A stretch of 64,000 bases of DNA, from positions 25,000 to 88,999 of the forward strand of contig CAZTAU010000012.1 in NCBI GenBank assembly GCA_964611565.1, given 5' to 3'. The notes below the pieces were generated by a model. That model was given only the letters and a program-made list of their open reading frames with translations, had not been told where the DNA came from and did not search any database. The position numbers were made by a program, and so were the translations under genes. The stretch is from an uncultured Mucilaginibacter sp. Lineage in GTDB: Bacteria; Bacteroidota; Bacteroidia; Sphingobacteriales; Sphingobacteriaceae. Positions 29,904 through 40,042 of this stretch are shown here, one piece after another (the stretch's first letter is position 1; each line of letters opens with the position of its first letter).

Positions 29904-32396
29904 ATGTCGCAACTAAACATTATAGTAGTTGGCAATGGAATGGTAGGATACAAGTTTTGCGAAAAACTTGTATCTAAATCATCCCGGTTCAATATAGTTG
30001 TTTTTGGGGAAGAACCCCGCAGAGCATACGATCGTGTGCATTTGAGCGAATATTTTAATGGCAAATCTGCCGACGATCTTTCCATGTCAACTCAGGAATG
30101 GTATGCCGAAAATAATATCACCCTTCACCTCGGCGATCCGATACAGGAAATTAACCGCACCGAAAAATCTGTTCATGCCTTAAGCGGCCTAAAATTAAAA
30201 TATGATTATTTGGTTTTAGCCACAGGTTCGTCAGCTTTTGTGCCCGATATTCCAGGTGTTGAAAAGGAGGGTGTATTTGTATACCGTACCATTGAGGACC
30301 TTGAACTCATTAAAAGCTATGCTGCCTCTGCCAAAGTAGGGGCGGTTATGGGCGGAGGCTTATTGGGTTTGGAGGCTGCCAAAGCATTAATAGATCTAGG
30401 CATTCAGGAAACACATGTAATTGAGTTTGCCCCGCGATTAATGCCAAGGCAAATTGATTCGGCTGGTAGCGCCATGCTACAGAGCAAATTAAAGGCCTTA
30501 GGATTAAACATCCATTTAAATAAAAGCACCGCCTGTTTTGAAGGCGAGCATAAAATTGAGGCACTGCGCTTTAATGATGATACTACGCTGCCGGTTGATA
30601 TGATGGTGATATCTGCAGGTATCCGCCCGCGCGATGAACTGGCCAAATTATCGGGCCTTGAAGTAGGCACACGCGGAGGTATTGTAGTTAACGAAAAAAT
30701 GCAAACCAGCGATGCCAGTATTTTTGCCATTGGCGAGTGCGCTTTATATGATAATATGATATACGGCCTGGTAGCACCGGGGTATGAAATGGCCGATACG
30801 GTTGTTGCTTGCATAACCGAGGGCGACAAGACTTTCTACGGATTTGACATGAGCACCAAACTTAAATTGATTGGTGTTGATGTGGCCAGCTTTGGCGATG
30901 CCTTTATTACCGAGCCCGATTGCCGCACCATTGTTTTTGAAGATACTCATAAGGGAACGTACAAACGCATCAATATTACCAACGATGGCAAGTATTTGTT
31001 GGGCGGCATTTTAATAGGCGATGCTGCAGCTTATAATATATTACTACAAACCGTAAATAATAAAATTGTACTTCCGCCCGATCCGGAGGATTTAATATTG
31101 GGTTCGCGCGGCGGCGAGAGCAATTCCGGGGCCGGTGTAATGAGCTTGCCTGATGATGCGCTAATATGCTCATGCGAGGCGGTGAGCAAAGCCGATATAT
31201 GTTCTGCAGTTACCGATGGTGGCTGCACCGATCTGGACGGTATTAAAAAATGTACTAAAGCCGGTACCGGTTGCGGTGGTTGTGTGCCGTTGGTAAAGGA
31301 TCTGGTAAACGGCACCATGAAAGCCAATGGCCAGTATATTAAAAATGTAATATGCGAGCATTTTGACTATTCGCGCCAGGAACTGTTTGATCTGGTTAAG
31401 ATCAATAAACTAAAAAACTACGACTTAGTATTAGATCATTTTGGCAAAGGTGATGGTTGCGAAGTGTGCAAGCCGGTGGTAGCCAGCATCATGTCAAGCC
31501 TTTGGAATGACCTTATAGTAAAACAAGATACCATACAGGATAGTAACGACCGCTACCTGGCCAACATACAAAAAGGCGGAACTTATTCTGTTGTGCCGCG
31601 CATAGCGGGGGGCGAAATTACTCCTGATAAATTGATCATACTAGGGCAAGTTGCTAAAAAGTATGGTTTGTATACCAAAATTACCGGCGGCCAGCGTATT
31701 GATCTGTTTGGCGCGCACGTGAGCGATTTGCCAAATATTTGGGAAGAGTTGGTTGATGCCGGTTTTGAAAGCGGACATGCTTACGGTAAATCATTACGTA
31801 CAGTAAAAAGCTGCGTAGGCAGTACCTGGTGCAGGTTTGGCTTGCACGATAGTGTATCATTTGCCATTGAAATTGAAGAAAGATATAAAGGGGTACGGTC
31901 GCCTCATAAATTAAAAGGCGGGGTGAGTGGTTGTATACGCGAATGTGCCGAAGCGCAGGCCAAAGATTTTGGTGTAATAGCTACCGAAAAAGGATGGAAC
32001 TTATATGTATGCGGTAACGGTGGTTCAAAACCACAACATGCACAATTGCTGGCTACAGATATTGACAGTGCTACTTGTATAAAATATATGGACAGGTTCC
32101 TGATGTTTTATATAAAAACAGCCGATCCGCTTACACGTACAGCAACGTGGTTAAATAAGATGGAAGGCGGCATTGACTATCTTAAAAATGTAGTGATAAA
32201 TGACAGCCTGGGTATTGCCGAGCAATTGGACGAAGAGATGCAATCGTTAGTAGATACTTACCACTGTGAATGGAAAGAGGTTGTTGAAAGCCCTGAGTTG
32301 CGTAAACGCTTCTCGCATTTTGTAAACGCGCCCGAAGAAAAAGACCCAAGCATTAAGTTTCAACCTATGCGCGAGCAGGTTAAAGCAAGCTGGTAA
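29904..32396 (+). CDS. nirB: NAD(P)H-dependent nitrite reductase large subunit
   Basis: GNGMVG FAD site, GGGLLGLEAA, BFD cysteines, KSCVGSTWCRFG and SGCIRECAEA siroheme/4Fe-4S ligands. Confidence 0.97.
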   Translation: MSQLNIIVVGNGMVGYKFCEKLVSKSSRFNIVVFGEEPRRAYDRVHLSEYFNGKSADDLSMSTQEWYAENNITLHLGDPIQEINRTEKSVHALSGLKLKYDYLVLATGSSAFVPDIPGVEKEGVFVYRTIEDLELIKSYAASAKVGAVMGGGLLGLEAAKALIDLGIQETHVIEFAPRLMPRQIDSAGSAMLQSKLKALGLNIHLNKSTACFEGEHKIEALRFNDDTTLPVDMMVISAGIRPRDELAKLSGLEVGTRGGIVVNEKMQTSDASIFAIGECALYDNMIYGLVAPGYEMADTVVACITEGDKTFYGFDMSTKLKLIGVDVASFGDAFITEPDCRTIVFEDTHKGTYKRINITNDGKYLLGGILIGDAAAYNILLQTVNNKIVLPPDPEDLILGSRGGESNSGAGVMSLPDDALICSCEAVSKADICSAVTDGGCTDLDGIKKCTKAGTGCGGCVPLVKDLVNGTMKANGQYIKNVICEHFDYSRQELFDLVKINKLKNYDLVLDHFGKGDGCEVCKPVVASIMSSLWNDLIVKQDTIQDSNDRYLANIQKGGTYSVVPRIAGGEITPDKLIILGQVAKKYGLYTKITGGQRIDLFGAHVSDLPNIWEELVDAGFESGHAYGKSLRTVKSCVGSTWCRFGLHDSVSFAIEIEERYKGVRSPHKLKGGVSGCIRECAEAQAKDFGVIATEKGWNLYVCGNGGSKPQHAQLLATDIDSATCIKYMDRFLMFYIKTADPLTRTATWLNKMEGGIDYLKNVVINDSLGIAEQLDEEMQSLVDTYHCEWKEVVESPELRKRFSHFVNAPEEKDPSIKFQPMREQVKASW

Positions 32397-32419
32397 ATAA
32401 TATTATAGAAAATAAGTAA

Positions 32420-32504
32420 TGTCATTTCGACGAGGAACGAGGAGAAATCTATACACAAGATAATCGAACATATGTATAGATTTCTCACTACGTTCGAAAT
32501 GACA
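32420..32504. repeat. REP-like nested palindrome between nirB and nirD
   Basis: TGTCATTTCGA...GAGAAATCTATACA...TGTATAGATTTCTC...TCGAAATGACA: outer 11-bp and inner 14-bp stems. Confidence 0.85.
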
Positions 32505-32535
32505 ACAAGTATAAAACACTAAAACATTATAAATT

Positions 32536-32895
32536 ATGGAAACAACAGTTGAAACAATTAAATGGGTACTAGCCTGCTATACTGATGATGTGCCCGAAAA
32601 TGGTGGTGTTTGCATGAAGCATGAGCATGAGCAAATTGCGATATATAATTTTAAACGCCGTAGCGAGTGGTATGCTACACAAAACTTATGCCCGCATAAA
32701 CAGCAAATGGCATTATCAAGAGGGATGATTGGTAGTGCGGGTGCAGACTGCGAACCAAAAGTAGCCTGCCCGTTTCATAAAAAAACATTCTCGTTATTAA
32801 GCGGCGAATGTTTAAGTGGTGATGATTATAAAATTAAAACTTACCCTGTAAAAGTAGAAGAGGGGAAAGTATATGTAGGTATTGCCGGCGCTTAA
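32536..32895 (+). CDS. nirD: Nitrite reductase small subunit (Rieske-type)
   Basis: NLCPHKQQMALSRG and VACPFHKKTF. Confidence 0.95.
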   Translation: METTVETIKWVLACYTDDVPENGGVCMKHEHEQIAIYNFKRRSEWYATQNLCPHKQQMALSRGMIGSAGADCEPKVACPFHKKTFSLLSGECLSGDDYKIKTYPVKVEEGKVYVGIAGA

Positions 32896-32915
32896 GCTGC
32901 CGGTGGTGTGTGTTT

Positions 32916-33608
32916 TTAGTCTTGCGTTAATTTAACAAGCATTTCATAGTTCGCTATCGAAATGCTTTTTCCTGTTAATACCAGCATCTTATCATTTACT
33001 AGTTCGTTTATTACTCTAAATACCGTTTCGTAAGTTGCTCCTGCAAATGAGGCCAGATCCTGGCGACTCAATTCAATGTTAATATTTCCTTCATCGGTAA
33101 CACCAAATTGCTCCTTTAATATAATAAGCGACTCGGCAACGCGTCCTTTAACAGACATATGTGCCAGGTTGCGCATTTTTCTTTCTGATTCGCGCAGCTC
33201 ATCAGCAAAAAATTGTAATAGTTTATAAGTAAACTCACTATTTACTTTTAAGGTGGCTTCAAAAAACTCCATATCAATATAACCCACTACGCCATTGGCT
33301 AAGGCCGTTGCCGAAACAGGATATATTGGTTTCTTTCCCATGCCGCGGTGTCCCAAAATAGCACCTTCTTTTGCAAAACGCACAATTAATTCTTTATCTG
33401 CATCCCAGCGTTTGTGAACTTTTACATAGCCGCTATTAACAAAAAATATTCCGGTAACAGGATATCCCTCTTTAAATATAAGTTCTCCCTTTTTTACTTT
33501 ATAGTTCTTTTTATGAGCTAAAATGGCCGGAAGCCACTCTTTTAAAACATTTTTGCATAAGAAACAGATGTTAGGGTCACATCCGAATGTGCTTTTTTTC
33601 ATTTTCAT
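32916..33608 (-). CDS. Crp/Fnr family transcriptional regulator
   Basis: cNMP-like beta-roll, HTH SRQDLASFAGATYETVFR, N-terminal CDPNICFLC; start ATG 33608 or 33602. Confidence 0.92.
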   Translation of the reverse strand: MKMKKSTFGCDPNICFLCKNVLKEWLPAILAHKKNYKVKKGELIFKEGYPVTGIFFVNSGYVKVHKRWDADKELIVRFAKEGAILGHRGMGKKPIYPVSATALANGVVGYIDMEFFEATLKVNSEFTYKLLQFFADELRESERKMRNLAHMSVKGRVAESLIILKEQFGVTDEGNINIELSRQDLASFAGATYETVFRVINELVNDKMLVLTGKSISIANYEMLVKLTQD

Positions 33609-34071
33609 TGTAAAATATATTACGTTTTCACAATAATAATTAAAATTTGGCAACAAATACAATGAAAACTGATGGTTTTTGTAAAATTTATTTATCAATT
33701 AGATGATTTTGCGCATAATTTGACGTAAAATTCAAAAATTGTCTCTTTTTTTTAAATCAATTTGGAATATTTTATGATATTTTTTTTATCAAATTAATAT
33801 TTTGACCCAAAAAACTTAATATCAATTTAAAATATTCACAAAATTCAATAACAAATGTGATTTAAGTTATAAAAATTCACGAAATAGCTAAAATGTTATG
33901 TTTATAGCCTTAAATCGGATATATTTATAACAACAAAATGAATATTTACTTAAAAAAAGGAATAATATGGAGAAAAAAAATAATAATATATAAAAAAACC
34001 CTGCCGGGAGGTCGCATTCCCAGACAGGGGTAATCAGTTTTACAGCTTTAACAACTTAAAAACCAAATCAA

Positions 34072-35670
34072 ATGTATAAAAATGTACTTAAAAACTTCAG
34101 GCTTTTCACAATAATAGTAATAGCCGTTTGTTGCCACACATTAAATAGTATGGCCCAATTTACATTAAACGGTCAAATACGACCACGATTCGAGAGCAGG
34201 AACGGTGTAGGTAACCTGGTTCCTATAGGTACAAAAAATGCCGACTTCATTTCGCAGCGTACACGTTTAATATTCGGTTATAAATGGGATAGGTTAACAG
34301 TTGGTGCCAGTGTGCAGGATGTAAGAGTTTGGGGTGCCGATGCTTCTTCCATATCTAATACAGATAATCGTCTTTTTCTGCACGAGGGATGGGCAGAGTT
34401 AACACTGGCCAATAAAGCAGATACCACCATAAAAGTTAATCTGTTGGATTTGATGACATTAAAAATTGGCAGACAGGAATTAGTATATGATGATGCCAGG
34501 CTAATAGGAAATTTAGATTGGCTACAGCAAGGCCGCCGCCATGACATGGCCCTATTAAAGGTGGTTCATCGTGGCTGGCAGGTTGACCTGGGTTTTGCCT
34601 ATAATCAAAATACAGATGCCTTTGGTTATACCAATACCAGCTATGTGCCGGCAAATTTGCCTTTAACTGTAAGAAATTCATTAGGTGCTGTAGTGCCTGT
34701 ACCAGTGGGAATGATTCCATTGGCGGCTGGTGGTAGTGGTGCCAATAACAGCTCAAAGGCCGGTACGCCTATTTGGACCAACCCGCCAAGCACCAATGCT
34801 GCTACGCAAAACTATAAATCGTTCACCAGCTTATACATCAGCAAAAAATTCAACCAAACTAAAGTATCGGGTTTGTTTTTTAACGACAACTTTGGCAAAT
34901 ACAAAATTGACTCGGTAGGTAGCGCAGGTGTGGGCTATGTATATGGCCGCCGTTTTGTTACTTCAGGGGCTGGTGATAGCTTTGATTATTCGCCTATTCA
35001 CCGCTATACCTACGGTGGAATGGTTATCCATACTTTAGGTAACGCGTCTGACTTTGGCAAGTTTGCATTACAAGCCGCTTACTACAAGCAATCAGGTGCC
35101 AGCCGTGATAATGTAGCTTTAGATGCTTACCATTATACAGCTGCCTTAACCTATCAAAAAGGAAACTTCAGCGTTACACCGGGATATGACTTACTATCAG
35201 GTAACGACGCGGTAAGCCCATCAGGCAAAGACAACCGTTTTGATCCTTTATATGGTACCCCGCATAAGTTTTGGGGATATATGGATTATTTCTACACCGG
35301 TACAGGTGCACCGGCAGGTGGTTTAGCCAACTCATACTTAAAGTTTAAATACGCAACCAGCATAATTTCATTAGGTGTTGATGTGCACTCGTTTGCCTTG
35401 CATAAAGACATGAAAAAAGGCGACGGCTCAATAATTAATAAACGCCTGGGTACCGAGATAGATTTCCTGGCAAGCTATAACATGAACAAGTTTACCAATG
35501 TTGAATTGGGACTATCCATGATGAAAGCTACTGATAGTATGCCATTTGCCAAAGGGCAAGCTACTACAGACGCGGTAGCCGCCACCTTTAATAAAACAGC
35601 AACCTGGGCATATGTAATGCTCAAATTTACACCTGACTTTTTTTACACTAAACCGGTTGCTCTAAAATAA
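34072..35670 (+). CDS. Alginate-export-family outer-membrane porin
   Basis: GQIRPRFESR, QRTRL, KIGRQELVYDDARLIGNLDWLQQGRRHD and FDPLYGTPHKFWGYMDYF motifs. Confidence 0.85.
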   Translation: MYKNVLKNFRLFTIIVIAVCCHTLNSMAQFTLNGQIRPRFESRNGVGNLVPIGTKNADFISQRTRLIFGYKWDRLTVGASVQDVRVWGADASSISNTDNRLFLHEGWAELTLANKADTTIKVNLLDLMTLKIGRQELVYDDARLIGNLDWLQQGRRHDMALLKVVHRGWQVDLGFAYNQNTDAFGYTNTSYVPANLPLTVRNSLGAVVPVPVGMIPLAAGGSGANNSSKAGTPIWTNPPSTNAATQNYKSFTSLYISKKFNQTKVSGLFFNDNFGKYKIDSVGSAGVGYVYGRRFVTSGAGDSFDYSPIHRYTYGGMVIHTLGNASDFGKFALQAAYYKQSGASRDNVALDAYHYTAALTYQKGNFSVTPGYDLLSGNDAVSPSGKDNRFDPLYGTPHKFWGYMDYFYTGTGAPAGGLANSYLKFKYATSIISLGVDVHSFALHKDMKKGDGSIINKRLGTEIDFLASYNMNKFTNVELGLSMMKATDSMPFAKGQATTDAVAATFNKTATWAYVMLKFTPDFFYTKPVALK

Positions 35671-35691
35671 TCACCCTAAAAACTAACGATC

Positions 35692-36906
35692 ATGACTCAA
35701 CATATCAACAGAAAATCAAAAGCTTTTTTAACAGTAGTATTACTGTTTACCTTTATTAGTTCAATAGCGGGCAACCCGCCAAAACGTACAGTTAAATTAG
35801 GATTTATACCATTAACAGATTGCGCCCCCCTGGTAATAGCAAAGGAGATGGGCTTTTTCGCAAAATACGGCGTAGACGTACAATTATCAAAAGAAGCCTC
35901 ATGGGCCGTGGTTCGCGACAAAATACTAAACGGCGAACTTGACGGTGCTCATTGCTTATTCTCTATGCCGTTCTCTGTTTACACAGGTGTTGGCGGAAAA
36001 GCCGGATCAGAAATGCGTATTGCCATGACGTTAAATAATAACGGACAAGCCATTACTTTATCAAAAGACTTTTGCGGCAGCGTTGGTTATAATGACCTTA
36101 AAAAAGTTGCCGCCGCGGTTAAAGAGCTTAAAACTAAAAAGGAAGTAACCTTTGCCATGACTTTCCCGGGAGGCACGCATGATATATGGTTGCGTAACTG
36201 GTTAGCCGCTGCCGGTGTTAACTCAAAATCAGTGGGTATTATCACTATTCCGCCGCCACAAATGGTAGCTAACATGAAGGTAGATAACATGGAAGGCTTT
36301 TGTGTAGGCGAACCATGGAACGGTGTAGCCGCTACACAAAACATTGGCTTTACCCACATTGCCAGCCAGGACATCTGGAAAGACCACCCCGAAAAAGCAT
36401 TGGTAGTAAACAAGGCTTTTTCTGAAACGGAAAAGGAAGATCTGAAAAACGTTATGAAAGCCATTATTGAAGCCTGCAAATGGCTGGATGTAATGGGTAA
36501 CCGTAAAAAAGCAGCCCAGTTTTTAAGCAAGCCTAATTATGTTAACGCCGCAGTGCAGGTTATTGAGGCTCGTTTAATGGGCTCAACAGATATTGGCTGC
36601 GACCTAGGAGTGAAAAAATACAAAGATGATTACATGATATTTTATAAAGGCGGCGCGGTGAATACACCAAAAATAGCTTATGGGGTATGGTTCATGGCGC
36701 AGTATATGCGTTTTGGGTTACTTAACAGCGCGCCAAACTATAAGGCCGTTGCAGATAAATTAATAATGAGTGATTTATATGAGGAGGTTGCCAAAAGCAT
36801 GAATGTGCCGGTGCAGCCTGATATGAAACCGTTTAAAACGAATTTAGAAACCATAACATTTGACCCGAATAATCCGGCAGCCTATATAGCTGCTGCTAAA
36901 AAGTAA
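35692..36906 (+). CDS. nrtA: CmpA/NrtA family ABC substrate-binding protein
   Basis: KLGFIPLTDCAPL, FAMTFPGGTHDIWLR and PPPQMVANM...GFCVGEPW. Confidence 0.92.
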   Translation: MTQHINRKSKAFLTVVLLFTFISSIAGNPPKRTVKLGFIPLTDCAPLVIAKEMGFFAKYGVDVQLSKEASWAVVRDKILNGELDGAHCLFSMPFSVYTGVGGKAGSEMRIAMTLNNNGQAITLSKDFCGSVGYNDLKKVAAAVKELKTKKEVTFAMTFPGGTHDIWLRNWLAAAGVNSKSVGIITIPPPQMVANMKVDNMEGFCVGEPWNGVAATQNIGFTHIASQDIWKDHPEKALVVNKAFSETEKEDLKNVMKAIIEACKWLDVMGNRKKAAQFLSKPNYVNAAVQVIEARLMGSTDIGCDLGVKKYKDDYMIFYKGGAVNTPKIAYGVWFMAQYMRFGLLNSAPNYKAVADKLIMSDLYEEVAKSMNVPVQPDMKPFKTNLETITFDPNNPAAYIAAAKK

Positions 36907-36920
36907 ATTGATTGATAAGT

Positions 36921-36954
36921 GAGGTTCCCGGCGGTGCATGCTGCTGGGGACTTA
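36921..36954 (+). other. Intercistronic hairpin after the binding-protein gene
   Basis: GAGGTTCCCGGCGG-tgcatg-CTGCTGGGGACTT, G-U rich, so it folds preferentially on the + transcript. Confidence 0.55.
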
Positions 36955-36979
36955 TTTGAAACATAAAAAAGAAAAAATT

Positions 36980-37765
36980 ATGAAAAGTCTCTTTTCGGTA
37001 AAAACAGCTTACTCCATCCTTTACTTCTGTGGCGGGATGTTTATAATGGGTGGTATTTGGCATGGCATTTCGCTGCTAACTAAAAATGAGATACCAAGCC
37101 CTGGCGATACCTGGATGGTATTTAAGGAAGTAATGAATCAGCCCTTTCAAAATGACCCGGATTATAAAGGTATAGCCATAAAATTATTAAGCTCACTGGC
37201 CAGGGTTGGTATAGGTTTTGGTTTAGGCAGTTTGGTTGCCATACCTATTGGCTTATTAATGGGCAGCAATAAAATAGTCACCAAAATGACTAACCCAATT
37301 GTGCAAATTTTACGCCCGGTGTCACCATTAGCATGGTTCCCTTTGGGACTGGCCATTTTCCAGGATTCGCCAAAGGCAAGTGTGTTTATGATATTTATTT
37401 GCTGCTTATGGCCAACGCTTATTAACGCGGCATTTGGTGCAGGCAATGTTCCGCAGGATCATAAAAACGTGAGCCGTGCATTTGGCTTCTCAACCTGGAA
37501 ATATTTCACCAAAGTATTGTTGCCATATAGCTTACCACATATTATAACCGGCCTGCGCCTTTCTATAGGTGTTGCCTGGATGGTAATTGTAGCCGGCGAA
37601 ATGCTATCAGGCGGTACAGGTCTGGGTAATTTTGTCTGGGAAGAAGGCTTTAACGGCGGCAGTACCGCAAAAATATTAGTAGCCATTATCATAATTGGTT
37701 TAGTAGGTTCTTTATTGGACAAATGTTTCACCTGGTTGCAACGTAGATTTTCGTACGCGGCTTAA
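36980..37765 (+). CDS. nrtB: Nitrate ABC transporter permease
   Basis: QILRPVSPLAWFP and ITGLRLSIGVAWMVIVAGEML; ATG 36980. Confidence 0.92.
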   Translation: MKSLFSVKTAYSILYFCGGMFIMGGIWHGISLLTKNEIPSPGDTWMVFKEVMNQPFQNDPDYKGIAIKLLSSLARVGIGFGLGSLVAIPIGLLMGSNKIVTKMTNPIVQILRPVSPLAWFPLGLAIFQDSPKASVFMIFICCLWPTLINAAFGAGNVPQDHKNVSRAFGFSTWKYFTKVLLPYSLPHIITGLRLSIGVAWMVIVAGEMLSGGTGLGNFVWEEGFNGGSTAKILVAIIIIGLVGSLLDKCFTWLQRRFSYAA

Positions 37766-37783
37766 CCATAATTTTTATTGATC

Positions 37784-38653
37784 ATGAGCATATCAACCCT
37801 AACAAAAGACGAGAAAGTGGAAGCAGTAGCAGAAGCACTAATAAAGCAAGCCGCTGCTGATGTAAGCATTGATGTAAACAATGTTACGGTAAGCTTTAAA
37901 ACACCTACAGGTACTTATACCGCGATAAAAGATATCAGCCTTACTGTTCAAAAGGGCGAGATAGTATCATTAATTGGCCACTCTGGCTGCGGTAAATCAA
38001 CCTTGATGGGTACCATAAGTGGTATGGTGAAAGCCACAAGCGGTGAGGTTATTGCCAATGGCAAAAAAGTAACCGCACCCGGCCCTGACAGGGGTATAGT
38101 TTTTCAAAACTACTCATTGCTGCCATGGCTTACTGTTTATAAAAACATATTGGTAGCAGTTGATTCGGCTTTGCCGGAATTGACCATGGCCGAAAAAATT
38201 GAATTGGTAGAGAAAAACCTGAAAATGGTTAACCTATGGGAACACAAAGATAAGCTGCCGGGACACTTATCAGGTGGCATGAAGCAACGTGTAGCTATTG
38301 CCCGTGCGTTCTCTATCAATCCTAAAATTTTATTGCTGGATGAGCCATTTGGAGCGTTAGACGCTTTAACCAAAAGCTCCATGCATATTGAGCTATTAAA
38401 GCTTTGGAACCTGGATAACCGCGAAAAGACCATTGTAATGGTAACGCATGATATTGAAGAGGCCATCTTCTTATCAGACCGGGTAGTGGTAATGAACAAT
38501 GGTCCTGCGGCAACTATTAAAGAAATTGTTGATGTGCCTTTAATTCGCCCGCGTAACAAAAAAGAAATTGTACACGACCCTAAATACATGGAAATACACG
38601 ACAGGCTTTTAGGCTTGCTTATAGACAAGTTTTCTATCAACGATGAACATTAA
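37784..38653 (+). CDS. Nitrate ABC transporter ATP-binding protein (NrtC/NrtD type)
   Basis: GHSGCGKST, VFQNYSLLPWLTV, LSGGMKQR and LLLDEPFGALDALT. Confidence 0.93.
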   Translation: MSISTLTKDEKVEAVAEALIKQAAADVSIDVNNVTVSFKTPTGTYTAIKDISLTVQKGEIVSLIGHSGCGKSTLMGTISGMVKATSGEVIANGKKVTAPGPDRGIVFQNYSLLPWLTVYKNILVAVDSALPELTMAEKIELVEKNLKMVNLWEHKDKLPGHLSGGMKQRVAIARAFSINPKILLLDEPFGALDALTKSSMHIELLKLWNLDNREKTIVMVTHDIEEAIFLSDRVVVMNNGPAATIKEIVDVPLIRPRNKKEIVHDPKYMEIHDRLLGLLIDKFSINDEH

Positions 38654-38705
38654 TAATTATAAATAACACCAGTACTACAACTAATAACTAATAAAATAAT
38701 ACGTT

Positions 38706-40031
38706 ATGAATACCCAAGCAAAGCAATTAACCCAGTTAAAAATTTTTAGCCTGCAGGGCATACAAATGAAAACCTTCCATATTACATGGATGATGTTTTT
38801 TGTATGTTTTTTTGGATGGTTTGGATTGGCCCCTTTAATGCCTACTATTCGTGAAGACCTGGGACTGAGTAAAGCAGAGGTAGGTAATACCATTATTGCA
38901 TCTGTTGCGGCAACTATTATAGCCCGTTTATTTATAGGCCGCTTATGCGATACCTGGGGCCCGCGGAAAGCAGCCGTAAGGTTATTATTAGTAGGCTGCA
39001 TCCCGGTGTTTTTGGTTGGGTTAGCGCATGATTATACTACGTTTTTATTGTTCCGCCTGGCTATTGGTGTTATAGGCGCTTCGTTTGTTATTACACAGTT
39101 CCATACGTCGCAAATGTTTGCACCTAATATTAAGGGAACGGCAAACGCGGTAACAGGCGGCTGGGGTAATTTGGGCGGTGGTATTACCAACATGGTAATG
39201 CCGTTAATTTTCGCGGTAATAGTTGGTTTTGGTTACACCAAAGCCGAAGCGTGGCGCTATGCCATGATACTACCCGGTATGATGATGCTGGTGATGGCCT
39301 ACATCTACCATAAATATACCAAAGATACCCCTGCGGGTAACTATGACGAGATAGGTTATACTGCTAAAGCAGCAGGCAAAACCGATTTTTCGGTTTTAAA
39401 AGGCTGGCGCATATGGGCTCTAATGATAGCCTATGCTATGTGTTTTGGTATGGAGCTTACATTTGATAACGTAGCTGCTTTACACTTTGTAGATACTTTT
39501 CACCTTTCGCAAAGCTCGGCCGGTTTTTGGGCAGGCATATTTGGTTTCATGAACATATTTGCACGTGCCATAGGAGGCATAGCTTCTGATAAAGTAGGTG
39601 CCAAATTCGGTATGAAAGGTAAAGGCTTATTATTAGCCGGAGTTTTATTGTTAGAGGGCTGCGGTTTGTTATTATTCGCGCAGGCAGGTTCGTTGTTCAT
39701 TGCTATTTTATCCATGTTAACATTCGCGCTGTTCCTTAAAATGTCAAACGGCGCAACTTATGGTATAGTACCGTTTGTAAATACCAAAAATGTGGGCCTG
39801 GTAAGCGGTATAGTTGGCGCGGGTGGTAACCTTGGCGGTATGATGTTTGGTTTCCTGTTCAAATCAACCACCATCACTTATGTAGAAGCGTTTACTTACA
39901 TCGGTTACCTTGTAATTGCAGCATCGGTTATTGTCTTTTTAACCCGCTTCGCCCAAAAGTCAGAATCACAACCCGAAGAAAAAATTGAAAAAAAAGTAGC
40001 TGTTGAAGAAGTAGCTATCGTGGCTAATTAA
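38706..40031 (+). CDS. narK: NarK/NRT2 family MFS nitrate/nitrite transporter
   Basis: GWGNLGGG nitrate signature; VSGIVGAGGNLGG. Confidence 0.92.
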   Translation: MNTQAKQLTQLKIFSLQGIQMKTFHITWMMFFVCFFGWFGLAPLMPTIREDLGLSKAEVGNTIIASVAATIIARLFIGRLCDTWGPRKAAVRLLLVGCIPVFLVGLAHDYTTFLLFRLAIGVIGASFVITQFHTSQMFAPNIKGTANAVTGGWGNLGGGITNMVMPLIFAVIVGFGYTKAEAWRYAMILPGMMMLVMAYIYHKYTKDTPAGNYDEIGYTAKAAGKTDFSVLKGWRIWALMIAYAMCFGMELTFDNVAALHFVDTFHLSQSSAGFWAGIFGFMNIFARAIGGIASDKVGAKFGMKGKGLLLAGVLLLEGCGLLLFAQAGSLFIAILSMLTFALFLKMSNGATYGIVPFVNTKNVGLVSGIVGAGGNLGGMMFGFLFKSTTITYVEAFTYIGYLVIAASVIVFLTRFAQKSESQPEEKIEKKVAVEEVAIVAN

Positions 40032-40042
40032 TATATAATACT

